Origin: an uncultured Phycisphaerales bacterium
GTDB taxonomy: Bacteria; Planctomycetota; Phycisphaerae; Tepidisphaerales; Tepidisphaeraceae
Reading direction: 5' to 3'
Assembly: GCA_963755915.1 (NCBI GenBank)
Contig: CAVWLP010000002.1
Coordinates: 2,112,001-2,176,000, forward strand
Length of the DNA: 64,000 bases
Shown here: positions 23,958-34,460 of the stretch, piece after piece
Layout of the letters: each line of letters starts with the position of its first letter
Numbering within the stretch: position 1 is the first letter of the stretch
Made by a program: the position numbers and the translations under genes
Notes under the pieces: model-generated
The model's database searches: none
What the model was told of the DNA's origin: nothing
Seen by the model: the letters and a program-made list of their open reading frames with translations, nothing else

Positions 23958-26351
23958 TTGGAGAAGGCTCCAGGCGCGCCTGGAGTTCCGCCGCGTTGGA
24001 CTTCCAGCGCCAAAACCGGCGTGGGCACGGCCCTCAGCAACAAGAGCCTTGTCTGGTTCACGCTGAGCCACGGAATCTTCAACGAAATCTTTTATCCGCG
24101 CGTCGATCAGGCCTGCATCCGCGACATGGGGCTGATTGTCACCGACGGAGCCGATTTCTTCTCAGAAGAAAAGAGGGATGTCGACTCGCTGGTCCACTGG
24201 CTGACTGAGGGTGTCCCGGCATTCCGGCTGGTCAATACGTGCCGCGCCGGCCGATACCGCATCGAAAAGCAAGTCGTGACCGATCCGCAGCGAAACACTG
24301 TGCTGCAGCGGGTCCAGTTCGTGCCGATGCAGGGCCACCTGTCCGATTATCATCTGTATGTCCTGCTGGCGCCGCATCTGGGGAACCACGGCGATGGCAA
24401 TAGTGCGTGGACCGACGAGTTTGAAGGCCTGCCGATCCTGTTTGCCCAGCGTGATGGATACGCCCTCGCGCTGGCCTGTTCCGCGCCATTCCTGAAGCGA
24501 TCCGTCGGCTACGTCGGCTCGTCCGACGGCTGGCAGGATCTAAAGGCGCATAATCAGATGACCTGGGAATACACGCGGGCTCAGAACGGTAACGTGGCCC
24601 TGACTGCCGAGATCGATCTTCTTCATTGTAAGGGACACTGCGAATTGGCGTTGGGCTTTGGCAAAAGTGCAGAAGAAGCCGCGAAAAACGCCGTCGCCAG
24701 CCTTCACGATGGCTTTGACAACATAAAGCACGAATATATTTCCGGCTGGCAGCACTGGAAGAAGTCGCTCATCTCGACAAAAAAAGACCATCTCCCTCTC
24801 GGCGATCTTTCCCCGATCAGCCTGGCAGTCTTGCGCACGCATGAGTCAAAAACTGCCCTCGGCGGTTTCATCGCCAGCCTCGCCATCCCATGGGGATCAA
24901 GCAAGGGCGACGGCGACCAGGGCGGTTACCATCTTGTCTGGTCGCGCGACATGGTAGAAACGGCGGGCGCGTTGCTGGCCGGCGGTGCACATGAAGACGC
25001 GCGCCGCGCGCTATCTTTTTTGCAGTCAACTCAACAGCCGGACGGACACTGGCCTCAAAACATGTGGGTGGATGGCACACCGTATTGGAACGGAATCCAA
25101 CTGGACGAGACTGCGCTGCCTATCCTGCTGGTGGACTTGGCCCATCGTGAAAAAGCGCTAACCGACGCGGACGTAGTGCGATTCTGGCCGATGGTGGAGC
25201 TCGCTGTGGGTTACTTGGCGCGCAATGGCCCCGTAAGCCCTCAAGATCGCTGGGAGGAAGATCCGGGCTATTCGCCTTTCACGGTCGCGGCGGAAATCGC
25301 CGCGATCCTGGCCGCGGCGGACATGGCTGATTTGAACCACGAACCGTCCATGGCAACCTACCTCCGCGAAATCGCGGATACTTGGAACACGTCGATTGAT
25401 CGCTGGATGTACGCGTCGAAAACGGACTGGTGCCGCAAGTTCGATGTCCAGGGGTATTACCTCAGGATCGCGCAGGACGAGACCGCGGATGGTGCGCGTT
25501 TTCAGAACCTCGTCCACGTGAAGAATGTTGCGGCCGCCGAGGACAACCGTATGGCCAGACATCTGGTAAGTCCCGACGCCTTGGCACTGGTGCGTTTTGG
25601 TTTGCGCGCGGCGGACGACCCGCGCATTCTCGGCACAGTAAAAGTCATCGATTCATTGCTCAAAGTGGAGACGCCCACTGGCCCCAGTTGGCACCGGTAC
25701 AACGATGATGGGTATGGCGAGCATAAGGACGGCGCGCCCTTTGACGGAACGGGTATCGGCCGCGTCTGGCCACTACTCACAGGTGAGCGGGCTCACTACG
25801 AACTGTTGGCAAATCGGGTGCAGTGTGCAAAGGTACTATTGGCCACAATGGAATCGTTTGCCAACGAAGGAGGGCTGATCTCAGAACAAATCTGGGACTC
25901 GCCCGACCTGCCGGAACATGATTTGTTTCTCGGCAAGCCTTCCGGTTCCGCCATGCCGCTGGTTTGGGCTCATGCTGAGTACATCAAGCTCAGGCGTTCT
26001 CTACGCGACGGACACGTTTTCGACCTGCCGCCACAGACCGTGCAACGCTATCTGGTCGACAAAACGGTGTCTCCTCGCATGGTGTGGAGGTTCAACCACA
26101 AACTTCGTTCTATGCCCGCGGGAAAATCCCTGCGTGTCGAAACGCTTTCCCCCGCGGTTATTCACTGGAGCGTTGATGATTGGAAAACTCATCAGGACAC
26201 AAAGTCGCGCGATGCGGGCCTAGGCCTTCACGTTGCGGATCTCTCCACCCAATCGCTTCCGGACGGACAAGAGATCAAATTCACTTTCTACTGGCCCGGC
26301 GCGGGTCACTGGGAAGGAACCGACTTCATCGTTCGTATCGGCTCTTTTTGA
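23958..26351 (+). CDS. Glucoamylase/glucodextranase-type GH15 (glucan 1,4-alpha-glucosidase)
   Basis: APGAPG.PPRWTSSAK, YHLVWSRD, QDRWEE, RYNDDGYGE, WP.LTGER, EQIW, PLVWAHAEY. Confidence 0.9.
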   Translation: MEKAPGAPGVPPRWTSSAKTGVGTALSNKSLVWFTLSHGIFNEIFYPRVDQACIRDMGLIVTDGADFFSEEKRDVDSLVHWLTEGVPAFRLVNTCRAGRYRIEKQVVTDPQRNTVLQRVQFVPMQGHLSDYHLYVLLAPHLGNHGDGNSAWTDEFEGLPILFAQRDGYALALACSAPFLKRSVGYVGSSDGWQDLKAHNQMTWEYTRAQNGNVALTAEIDLLHCKGHCELALGFGKSAEEAAKNAVASLHDGFDNIKHEYISGWQHWKKSLISTKKDHLPLGDLSPISLAVLRTHESKTALGGFIASLAIPWGSSKGDGDQGGYHLVWSRDMVETAGALLAGGAHEDARRALSFLQSTQQPDGHWPQNMWVDGTPYWNGIQLDETALPILLVDLAHREKALTDADVVRFWPMVELAVGYLARNGPVSPQDRWEEDPGYSPFTVAAEIAAILAAADMADLNHEPSMATYLREIADTWNTSIDRWMYASKTDWCRKFDVQGYYLRIAQDETADGARFQNLVHVKNVAAAEDNRMARHLVSPDALALVRFGLRAADDPRILGTVKVIDSLLKVETPTGPSWHRYNDDGYGEHKDGAPFDGTGIGRVWPLLTGERAHYELLANRVQCAKVLLATMESFANEGGLISEQIWDSPDLPEHDLFLGKPSGSAMPLVWAHAEYIKLRRSLRDGHVFDLPPQTVQRYLVDKTVSPRMVWRFNHKLRSMPAGKSLRVETLSPAVIHWSVDDWKTHQDTKSRDAGLGLHVADLSTQSLPDGQEIKFTFYWPGAGHWEGTDFIVRIGSF

Positions 26352-26387
26352 GGCGATGTAATTGTCTCTACTAAAGCGGTGAGGTTC

Positions 26388-27764
26388 ATGCTGCTGAAGA
26401 ACGATACAAAAACCGACGCAAGACTGTTCGTTTATCTTGCCACGGCTGTCGCGGCTCTGGGAGGCATGCTTTTCGGTTATGACATCGGCGTCATCTCCGG
26501 AGCAATTCTATTCGTCAAGAAGGACTTCTCGCTTTCTCCCGGCCTCGAAGAAATTGTGGTCAGCTCGGTCTTGCTGGGATCGTTAATCGGCGCGATCGCT
26601 GGAGGAGTGCTCGCCGACCGCTGGGGGCGCCGGAGATTGTTGATCATTACGGCGATCGTCTTTGGGTTGGGCGCTATCGGGGCGGCTCTGTCGCCAGACA
26701 CCGCGTTGCTGATCGTCGCCAGGGTCATTGCCGGCATTGCCATCGGCGTGGCTTCTTTTGTCGCACCGCTCTATATCTCCGAAATCGCCCCGGTGGCTAT
26801 CCGTGGAAAGCTCGTTTCGGTCAATCAAGTGGCCCTGACCAGCGGCATTGTCATCTCCTATCTGATCGATTACGCATTCGCGGACGCTCACGCGTGGCGC
26901 TGGATGTTTGCGCTGGCGGTAGTGCCGGCGGCCGCGTTCGGAATCGGATTGCTTTTCATCCCCGAGAGCCCGCGATGGCTTGTCGGACGCGGATTGGCGG
27001 ACAAGGCCCGCGCCGTACTCAATCGAATTCGCGCTCCAGACCAAGTGGAAGCTGAGCTTGGCGAGATTCAGCATAGCGCTCAGCAGCAGAAAGCGAACTG
27101 GAAAGAACTGCTGAGTCCTGTCTTGCGGCCGGCGATGATCGTTGGCGTCGGTCTCGCGGTCGCGCAGCAAATCACCGGCATAAACACCGTCATCTATTAT
27201 GCCCCGACGATTTTCAAATTCGCCGGTTTATCTTCCGCATCCGTGGCCATCCTGGCCAGCGTCGGTGTGGGAATCGTCAATGTCATCTTAACTATAGTGG
27301 CAATGCAATTAATCGACCGCGTCGGGCGCCGTCCGCTTCTGTTGGTCAGTCTCGCTGGGATGTCGCTAAGTCTAATTGTGCTCGGATTGGCGTTTAGGCT
27401 TCCCCGACTGTCCGGCAGTCTCGGATGGATCGCGGTGACGAGCCTCATGCTCTACGTCGGTTCGTTCGCCGTCGGTCTGGGCCCGGTATTTTGGCTGATC
27501 CTCTCCGAGATTTATCCACTGCGTATCCGAGGCCGGGCCATGAGCGTCGGGACGGTCGCAAATTGGGGCGCCAACCTGATCGTGGCATTATCGTTTTTGA
27601 CGCTCACACAAGTCATGGGTAAATCCGCCACGTTCTGGTTGTATGGGATCGTAAGTATCGGGGCATGGCTCTTCGCGTTTTTCCTGGTGCCGGAAACCAA
27701 GGGCAAGACTCTCGAACAGATCGAAGCACATTGGCGGGCGGGAAAACGCCCAAGGGAACTCTGA
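26388..27764 (+). CDS. Sugar porter family MFS transporter
   Basis: GGMLFGYDIGVISGA, DRWGRR, PESPRWL, QQITGIN, PETKG. Confidence 0.93.
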   Translation: MLLKNDTKTDARLFVYLATAVAALGGMLFGYDIGVISGAILFVKKDFSLSPGLEEIVVSSVLLGSLIGAIAGGVLADRWGRRRLLIITAIVFGLGAIGAALSPDTALLIVARVIAGIAIGVASFVAPLYISEIAPVAIRGKLVSVNQVALTSGIVISYLIDYAFADAHAWRWMFALAVVPAAAFGIGLLFIPESPRWLVGRGLADKARAVLNRIRAPDQVEAELGEIQHSAQQQKANWKELLSPVLRPAMIVGVGLAVAQQITGINTVIYYAPTIFKFAGLSSASVAILASVGVGIVNVILTIVAMQLIDRVGRRPLLLVSLAGMSLSLIVLGLAFRLPRLSGSLGWIAVTSLMLYVGSFAVGLGPVFWLILSEIYPLRIRGRAMSVGTVANWGANLIVALSFLTLTQVMGKSATFWLYGIVSIGAWLFAFFLVPETKGKTLEQIEAHWRAGKRPREL

Positions 27765-27792
27765 AAATTTTACACAAGAAGAAAGGACTACC

Positions 27793-28659
27793 ATGTTGAA
27801 CAGAACTAACACGTTGCGAAATTATGCCTTGGACTGCCTCGACGGACGGATAGGAGAGGTCAAGGAATTCTACTTCGACGACTGCTACTGGACGATTCGT
27901 TATCTTGTCGCCGAAACCGGAAACTGGCTCACGGGCAGACAAGTGTTGATTTCTCCGCGTGCGCTCCATGCCGTTAATAAGGAAGAACAAAAGATCGCTG
28001 TAGATTTGAACAAAAAGCAGATTCAAGACAGTCCATCCGTGGACAGTGACGAGCCCGTCTCGCGGCAATTCGAGAAGGCCTACCACGGGTACTATGGATG
28101 GCCGATATATTGGGGCGGCTCATACATGTGGGGAACATCCGGATACCCATACCTGGCGGGGCCTTATCCCGGCGTTGCGCGTGAGCGCAAAGAATTGGCG
28201 GAAGCCACCCGAAGTGAGCAAGCGTGGGATCCCCATTTGCGCAGCACGCACGATGTGAGTGGCCGTCATGTCCATGCTACTGACGGCGAGATTGGCCACG
28301 TTGAGGATTTTATCATCGATGACCAGACATGGGCGATCCGTTATCTGATCATCGATACACGAAACTGGTGGCCGGGAAAGAAGGTCCTGGTGGCACCGCG
28401 ATGGATCGAGAGGGTTAGCTGGAGCGAGGCAAAAGTTTTCATCAATCTCTCCCGCGAGGCCATCAGGCAGTCGCCGGAATACACGGAAGCATCTTTGCTA
28501 ACCCGGGATTACGAGACCCGACTTCATCGGCATTACGATCGGCGGGGATACTGGGTGGATGAGCCGGCTTCCGGGGAATGCGACGAACAACCACAAGTCC
28601 ACGGCAAGGAACGAGCGCCCGCTGAAATCGCGCAACATAAAAAACCGATTGGAATCTGA
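27793..28659 (+). CDS. PRC-barrel domain protein (two PRC repeats)
   Basis: Duplicated DG.IG.V..F..DD..W.IRYL..DT.NW. Confidence 0.85.
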   Translation: MLNRTNTLRNYALDCLDGRIGEVKEFYFDDCYWTIRYLVAETGNWLTGRQVLISPRALHAVNKEEQKIAVDLNKKQIQDSPSVDSDEPVSRQFEKAYHGYYGWPIYWGGSYMWGTSGYPYLAGPYPGVARERKELAEATRSEQAWDPHLRSTHDVSGRHVHATDGEIGHVEDFIIDDQTWAIRYLIIDTRNWWPGKKVLVAPRWIERVSWSEAKVFINLSREAIRQSPEYTEASLLTRDYETRLHRHYDRRGYWVDEPASGECDEQPQVHGKERAPAEIAQHKKPIGI

Positions 28660-28781
28660 TGTCACGGGGCGCGCCAAAACCAGCCAGGGCGGGGCGCTTC
28701 AAAACCGGCCAATGTGCTGACGTATTCTATACCGCATCCGTTCTATCCGACGCAACTGTTCCTTGAGTTATTGGTCCCCGT

Positions 28782-29672
28782 TCACGCCGTCTGGCCGGCG
28801 GATACCCCCACATCAGAAGACAACGGCGGCTCTGTCACGGTGTCTTCCGGGGGGGAGCACCCTTCATCGCCGGCGGTACTCCGCCGTCCTTTTGGATTTG
28901 TCTTTTCCGGTGTCCCGGATTGGCCTGCCGTGAGCGAAGTCGAATGGCCCCCATGCCGAAGGCGGTAGCTCTTGCCGGTGATGTTGATGATCGTGGCGTG
29001 CTGCAGGAACCGATCCAGAATGGCCGTGGCCGCCGGCACGTCGCCGATCAGCTTGGCCCAGTCCTCCAGTGGACGGTTGCTGGTCATCATCGTCGAGCGG
29101 TTCTCGTGCCGGCGCATGACGATCTCCAGCAGGCATTCGCCGCTGCGCCGCGGAAGCTGCTTCATTCCCATGTCGTCGATGATAAGCAGATCAGGCTTGA
29201 GATACCGGGCCAGCGTCTTGTCCTGGGCTCCCAGATCCTCGTCGCCTAAAAAGTCGCGGGCCAGGTCGAAGATGGATCGGTACAGGACCACCAAGCCGCT
29301 CTTGATCGCCTGGTGTCCGATGGCCTGGGCCAAAAACGATTTGCCCACGCCGGGCGGACCCAGCAAGAGCACGTCACGTTTGTCACGAATGAACTGGCCG
29401 GCGGCCAGATCGTGAATCTGTTTGCGTTTGATGGAGGTGTTGAAGGAGAAGTCGAACTCGTCGAGGTTTTTGGTGTCGCGGAACATCGCCGCCTTGACGC
29501 GCCGGCCGATCTGCCGGCTGGATCGGACGTTCAGTTCATCCTGAAGGATCAGTTCCAAAAACTCACTGTGGTCGAGCCGATTGCCGGCCGCCTCGCTCAG
29601 GCGAACTTCAAGGCTGCTCGCCAGACCTGAAAGCCGAAGTTGCTTGAGCGTCTGCATCAACGAAGGTCTCAT
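28782..29672 (-). CDS. istB: IS21 helper ATPase IstB
   Basis: GPPGVGKS Walker A, LLIIDD Walker B, TSN, ATAILDR, G.SYR. Confidence 0.93.
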   Translation of the reverse strand: MRPSLMQTLKQLRLSGLASSLEVRLSEAAGNRLDHSEFLELILQDELNVRSSRQIGRRVKAAMFRDTKNLDEFDFSFNTSIKRKQIHDLAAGQFIRDKRDVLLLGPPGVGKSFLAQAIGHQAIKSGLVVLYRSIFDLARDFLGDEDLGAQDKTLARYLKPDLLIIDDMGMKQLPRRSGECLLEIVMRRHENRSTMMTSNRPLEDWAKLIGDVPAATAILDRFLQHATIINITGKSYRLRHGGHSTSLTAGQSGTPEKTNPKGRRSTAGDEGCSPPEDTVTEPPLSSDVGVSAGQTA

Positions 29673-31399
29673 GGGGTGGACTCCCTTCGGCTCTGCTCAG
29701 GGCAGGCCTGTAAAGGTTGTGCGGCAGGCAAAGCCTCCGCTTGGGTGATTGCGTCGCGTACGAACTGTCCGTAATCGGCCAGTCCGCGGATGATTGGATG
29801 TTCCTGAACAAACTCGAAGTGTTGTTGAACCGGCGCGCCGTTTTGGTGTTCGATGAGCTGCCGCAGGGAGCGCAGGTGATACGCGCCATGCCCCAGAGCA
29901 ATCTCGCAGGCTCGTTCCACGGCCGGTCGCGGCTGCTGATTGGCCAGCGACAGCAGCCCCATCAACACGCGCACGCCTTCGATGCCGCGATGCTGAAGCA
30001 TTGACTGCGCCCACTGCGTGGCGTGCGGCCCGATGCATTCGATCCGCTGGAGAAGCCAGGTCGTTCCACGCTCGATGCCGCTGATCTTCTCCGGCAGGAT
30101 ATGGGCGTCTTGCGTCGAGAACCTGCCCGGCGGACGCTGCGCGTGCAGAGCGATCGCACGCATCTTCTGATCGAACAGCCGGACCGTGCGCCCGTCCCAC
30201 CGCGCCCAGACCCGCTGGCCCAAAAACTCCGGCGGGACCGAATAGTACGCCCCCTTGATCTCCACGTGCCCGTCGCGGTGAACACTGCGCAACGCCTCGG
30301 TGAAAAGATCGAATCGCACCGGCGGCAGAGCCAACAGTGCCGGCTTCTCTACCTGCTCGAAGACTTCCTTCACCTGCCGCCGCGTCGTGCCGTGGATGCG
30401 CGTGTCGGCCACGCTCTTCTCCCACGTCAGCAGATGCGCGTTCTGATCCGAGAGCGAGGCGAATTGCCGGCCTTTGAGAGCATTGCTCTTCACATAGCCG
30501 ATGCCCCGCTCGATCTTCCCCTTGTGCCGCGGCGTGTACGGCTTGGTGGGCAGAATGGCGATTCCATAATGTTCGGCGAACGACCGGACCTTGGGACACA
30601 ACTCCGCCTCGAACCAGTCCGCCCGCGTCACCGCCGCGCGAAGATTGTCGATCACCAGCGCTGACGGCATCCCGCCGAAGTGCGTAAAGGCATTTTCCAG
30701 ACAACGCAGAAAATCATCGGTCGTCTGCCGCTCCACCGCCTCGGCGTACCCCTTGCGGCTGTGGCTCAGCACAATGCGGAAGACCCAGGTTGCTTTGCGT
30801 TTGCCGTCAGGACCGACCAGGGCGCACCCCGGCCGAAGTCCACCTGCGCCTCGGCTCCCGGCTCGCATTCCATCCGGCGAAAGGGCGCCGGCGCGGCAGC
30901 CGAGAGCTTCTTGATGAACCGGCGCACGCTGTAATAGCTGCCGGCATAGCCGTGATCGCTGGAGATGTCTTGATAAATCCGCTGGGCCGTCAGCCCGGCT
31001 TCCAACTTCTGAACAATGACCTCACGCCAGGGCGATGCCGTACTGACCGACCCGATCGGCGCGCCGGATAACCCGGTGGGCGCGCTCTCCGAGCCGCCTG
31101 CGGCGAGCACCGTCGAGCCGCCTGCGGCGAGCACCGTCGAGCCGCCTGCGGCGAGCACCGTCGAGCCGCCTGCGGCGAGCACCGTCGAGCCGCCTGCGGC
31201 GAGCACCGTCGAGCCGAGGGGCGCGCTGGCCGGTTTTGAATCCGATCCGGGCGCCGCAGGATCGCCGCCCGACAACCGGATGTGGCGTCCAACGGTCTCC
31301 CGGTGAACGCCGAGTTGGCGGGCGATGTTCCGATTGGACCAGCCGCTGCGCAAGTGCCAAAATTGCTTGTACTTCCGCCATCTTGAGTTGATTGGCCAT
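29669..31399 (-). CDS. istA: IS21 transposase IstA (two frameshifts, ~31350 and ~30830)
   Basis: HTH (SNRNIARQLGVHRETV), PG.EAQVDFG, DNL, KGKIER, YSVP. Confidence 0.88.
31091..31216. repeat. Perfect 24-bp tandem repeat x5 inside istA
   Basis: Unit GAGCCGCCTGCGGCGAGCACCGTC at 31091, 31115, 31139, 31163, 31187 plus a partial; encodes (STVLAAGG)n. Confidence 0.95.
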
Positions 31400-31650
31400 C
31401 CCACCATTGGCTTGCGGCAACCGCCGAAAGCCAAGGTCGATAACCCAATCTCCTGTGCCTCAAAATGGCCGGTTTTGGCGCGCCCTCAATTGGCCGGTTT
31501 TGCGCGCCCCATGACAATCTGATTTGGATGATATTGCTGGAACTGCATGTGGCCGGCCGGTTATCGCCAAATATAGCGACGATTATCCTTCCTTTGCCGG
31601 TTCTAAGGTAGAACCCAAATGGATAGGATTCCGGCAGACGATTGAACATC

Positions 31651-31760
31651 TCGGATGACTAATTGAGGGGTAGATCGGCCAACGGCCGGTGGACCCGTTA
31701 AAGAGTAAGCCGACGCAATTGAATCCTGAAACCTCGGGATTCGGTGGCGTCGGTTTTTCT
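31651..31760 (+). ncRNA. Conserved structured 5' leader, copy 3
   Basis: TCGGATGACTAATTGAGGGGTA..GACCCGTTAAAGAGTAAGCCGACGCA..GAATCCTGAAACCTCGGGATTC..GCGTCGG-TTTTTCT. Confidence 0.8.
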
Positions 31761-31775
31761 GTTGATTGGAAAATA

Positions 31776-31997
31776 ATGAGCGGCACTAAGCATTCTGTTG
31801 AAAGCGAAGGATCCAAGTCACGGGATCACGCCCAACCGCGCCACCATTTTTGGAAACATGCGCACCGGGATTGGCGCGTCTGGGTCACTGTGCTGCTGAT
31901 GCTCCTTGCGATGGTTATCTATGTAATAACGGACAACCTGTCCCTCAGACCCGGCAAACGCGCGATTCAGCCCACGCCTGAGGCAAATGGCCCTTAG
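31776..31997 (+). CDS. Small single-pass membrane protein
   Basis: WKHAHRDWRVWVTVLLMLLAMVIYVITDNLS: one transmembrane helix; first gene after leader copy 3. Confidence 0.6.
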   Translation: MSGTKHSVESEGSKSRDHAQPRHHFWKHAHRDWRVWVTVLLMLLAMVIYVITDNLSLRPGKRAIQPTPEANGP

Positions 31998-32030
31998 AAC
32001 GGTGTTTGTTCTAACTATAGGAATAAAACT

Positions 32031-34460
32031 ATGTCAATCGATCTCTTAGATCCCGACGTCAAAGCCCGCAATGACGGAGCTTCGCCACTTGAAACCAGTG
32101 GCGTGCTCTCACCGGAGTTGCTTGGCAAGATGAACGCCTATTGGCGTGCCGCGAATTATCTTTCGGTCGGGCAGATTTATCTATACGACAATCCGCTGCT
32201 CAAGGAGCCGCTGAAATTGTCGCACGTAAAGCCGCTGGTAGTTGGCCACTGGGGCACGACGCCGGGCCAGAATTTCATTTACGTGCACTTGAATCGGGTT
32301 ATCAAGAAGTATGACCTCGACATGTTCTACATCGCCGGCCCCGGTCACGGGGGTCCGGCAATTGTCGGCAATGTCTATCTCGAAGGCACCTGGAGTGAAG
32401 TCTATCCGAATGTGACTCAGGACGAAGCGGGCCTGAAAAAGCTATTCAAGCAATTTTCGTTTCCCGGCGGAATCTCCAGCCATGTAGCGCCGACGACGCC
32501 GGGCTCGATTCACGAAGGCGGTGAGCTGGGATATTCGCTGAGCCATGCATTCGGCGCCGCTTTCGACAATCCCGATTTGATTGTCGCCTGCGTCGTCGGC
32601 GACGGCGAAGCGGAAACCGGCCCGCTGGCGACCGCCTGGCAATCCAATAAATTTCTCGATCCCATTTCCGACGGGGCCGTGCTGCCGATCCTCCACCTCA
32701 ACGGCTTCAAGATCAGCAACCCCACAGTCCTCTCCCGCATCGAGCATGACGAACTGGAACAATTCCTGCGCGGCTGCGGCTGGACGCCTCACTTCGTTGA
32801 AGGCGATGAGCCGGAAAAGATGCATCAACTGATGGCCGCCACCTTGGAAGCCGCCATCGAGGAAATCCGGGAAATCCAAAAGAATGCGCGGAGTAAAAAT
32901 GACACGACTCGCCCGCGCTGGCCCATGATCGTCTTGCGATCGCCCAAGGGCTGGACCGGACCAAAGATTGTCGACGGCCTTCCATGCGAAGGCACCTTTC
33001 GCGCCCATCAGGTTCCGCTGCTCGTGGATTCCGATCACCCCGAGCACGTTGCACAGCTTGAAAGCTGGATGAAAAGCTACAAGGCCGAGGAGTTGTTCAA
33101 TGAGCACGGCCGATTGAACGCAGAATTGGCCGAGCTTGCGCCGAAGGGCGACCGCCGAATGGGCGCCAATCCCCACGCCAACGGCGGCGTTCTATTGCAC
33201 GATTTGAAAATGCCCGATTTCCGCGATCATGCGGTACACGTTCCTTCGCCCGGCGCCGTTGACGGCCAGGATACGCTGGTGCTCGGCCAATTCCTGCGCG
33301 ATGTCGTTAAGCTGAATGACAAGCCACGCAATTTCCGCGTATTTGGCCCTGACGAGACGCTGTCAAACTTGCTCGGCGCGGTCTTTGAAGTCACCAACCG
33401 CCAATGGGATGCCCGGGAAGTGACGAACGACGAATTCCTCTCACCCGATGGAGCCGTGCTGGATTCGATGCTCAGCGAGCATCAGTGCGAGGGTTGGCTG
33501 GAAGGATATCTGCTCACCGGCCGGCATGGGCTGTTCAACAGCTACGAAGCCTTCATTCGCATCGTCGATTCGATGTTCAGCCAGCACGCCAAGTGGCTGA
33601 AGGTAACATCGGAACTGCCCTGGCGCCGCAAGATCGCATCGCTGAATTATCTGCTCGCCTCTCACGTCTGGCAGCAGGATCACAACGGCTTCACACATCA
33701 GGATCCCGGATTTCTCGACCACGTCATCAACAAAAAGGCTGACATCGTTCGCGTTTATCTGCCCCCGGATGCGAACTGCCTGCTATCCGTTTTCGATCAT
33801 TGCCTGCGCAGCCGGCATTACGTCAACGTGGTGGTTGCCGGTAAACATGCCCTCCCGCAATGGCTGACCATGGAAGCAGCAGTCGTGCACTGCACGGAAG
33901 GAATTGGCATCTGGCAATGGGCCAGCAACGACCAAAACAGCGAGCCGGACGTGGTGATGGCCTGCTGCGGTGACACGCCAACTCTGGAGATTCTCGCCGC
34001 TGTTTCAATTCTTCGCCAGCATTTTCCCGATTTGAAAATTCGGGTGATCAATGTCGTCGATCTGATGAAGCTGCAATCCGCCAGCGAGCATCCACATGGA
34101 CTAAGCGAAGCAGATTACGATTCGCTCTTCACAAAAGACAAGCACATTGTCTTCGGCTTCCATGGATACCCCTGGCTGGTCCATCGGCTGACCTACCGCC
34201 GAACCAATCGCAACCTTCATGTCCGCGGCTACAAGGAAGAGGGCACAATCACAACGGCCTTCGACATGAGGGTGCAAAACGACCTTGATCGCTTTCATCT
34301 AGTGCAGGATGTGGTGGATCGCCTGCCGCAATTGGGCGCCAAAGGAGCATATCTCAAGCAGATGGTCCAGGACAAGCTCATCCAGCACAAGCTTTACATC
34401 GATCAACACGGCCAGGACCTTCCGGAAATCCGCAATTGGAAGTGGAGCGTTCCCACATGA
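32031..34460 (+). CDS. xfp: Phosphoketolase (xylulose-5-P/fructose-6-P)
   Basis: [62 protein letters not shown]. Confidence 0.95.
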   Translation: MSIDLLDPDVKARNDGASPLETSGVLSPELLGKMNAYWRAANYLSVGQIYLYDNPLLKEPLKLSHVKPLVVGHWGTTPGQNFIYVHLNRVIKKYDLDMFYIAGPGHGGPAIVGNVYLEGTWSEVYPNVTQDEAGLKKLFKQFSFPGGISSHVAPTTPGSIHEGGELGYSLSHAFGAAFDNPDLIVACVVGDGEAETGPLATAWQSNKFLDPISDGAVLPILHLNGFKISNPTVLSRIEHDELEQFLRGCGWTPHFVEGDEPEKMHQLMAATLEAAIEEIREIQKNARSKNDTTRPRWPMIVLRSPKGWTGPKIVDGLPCEGTFRAHQVPLLVDSDHPEHVAQLESWMKSYKAEELFNEHGRLNAELAELAPKGDRRMGANPHANGGVLLHDLKMPDFRDHAVHVPSPGAVDGQDTLVLGQFLRDVVKLNDKPRNFRVFGPDETLSNLLGAVFEVTNRQWDAREVTNDEFLSPDGAVLDSMLSEHQCEGWLEGYLLTGRHGLFNSYEAFIRIVDSMFSQHAKWLKVTSELPWRRKIASLNYLLASHVWQQDHNGFTHQDPGFLDHVINKKADIVRVYLPPDANCLLSVFDHCLRSRHYVNVVVAGKHALPQWLTMEAAVVHCTEGIGIWQWASNDQNSEPDVVMACCGDTPTLEILAAVSILRQHFPDLKIRVINVVDLMKLQSASEHPHGLSEADYDSLFTKDKHIVFGFHGYPWLVHRLTYRRTNRNLHVRGYKEEGTITTAFDMRVQNDLDRFHLVQDVVDRLPQLGAKGAYLKQMVQDKLIQHKLYIDQHGQDLPEIRNWKWSVPT

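Larger units (their letters stand above)
28660..31516 (-). mobile_element. IS21-family insertion sequence
   Basis: Ends TGTCACGGGGCGCGCCAAAACC / GGTTTTGCGCGCCCCATGACA with reiterated sub-terminal motifs; 6-bp target duplication ATCTGA (28654-28659, 31517-31522); istA and istB inside. Confidence 0.95.

Noticed and set aside
31091-31216. Possible CRISPR array
   Set aside because: Repeats are head-to-tail with no spacers, lie in frame inside istA, and there are no cas genes in the window.
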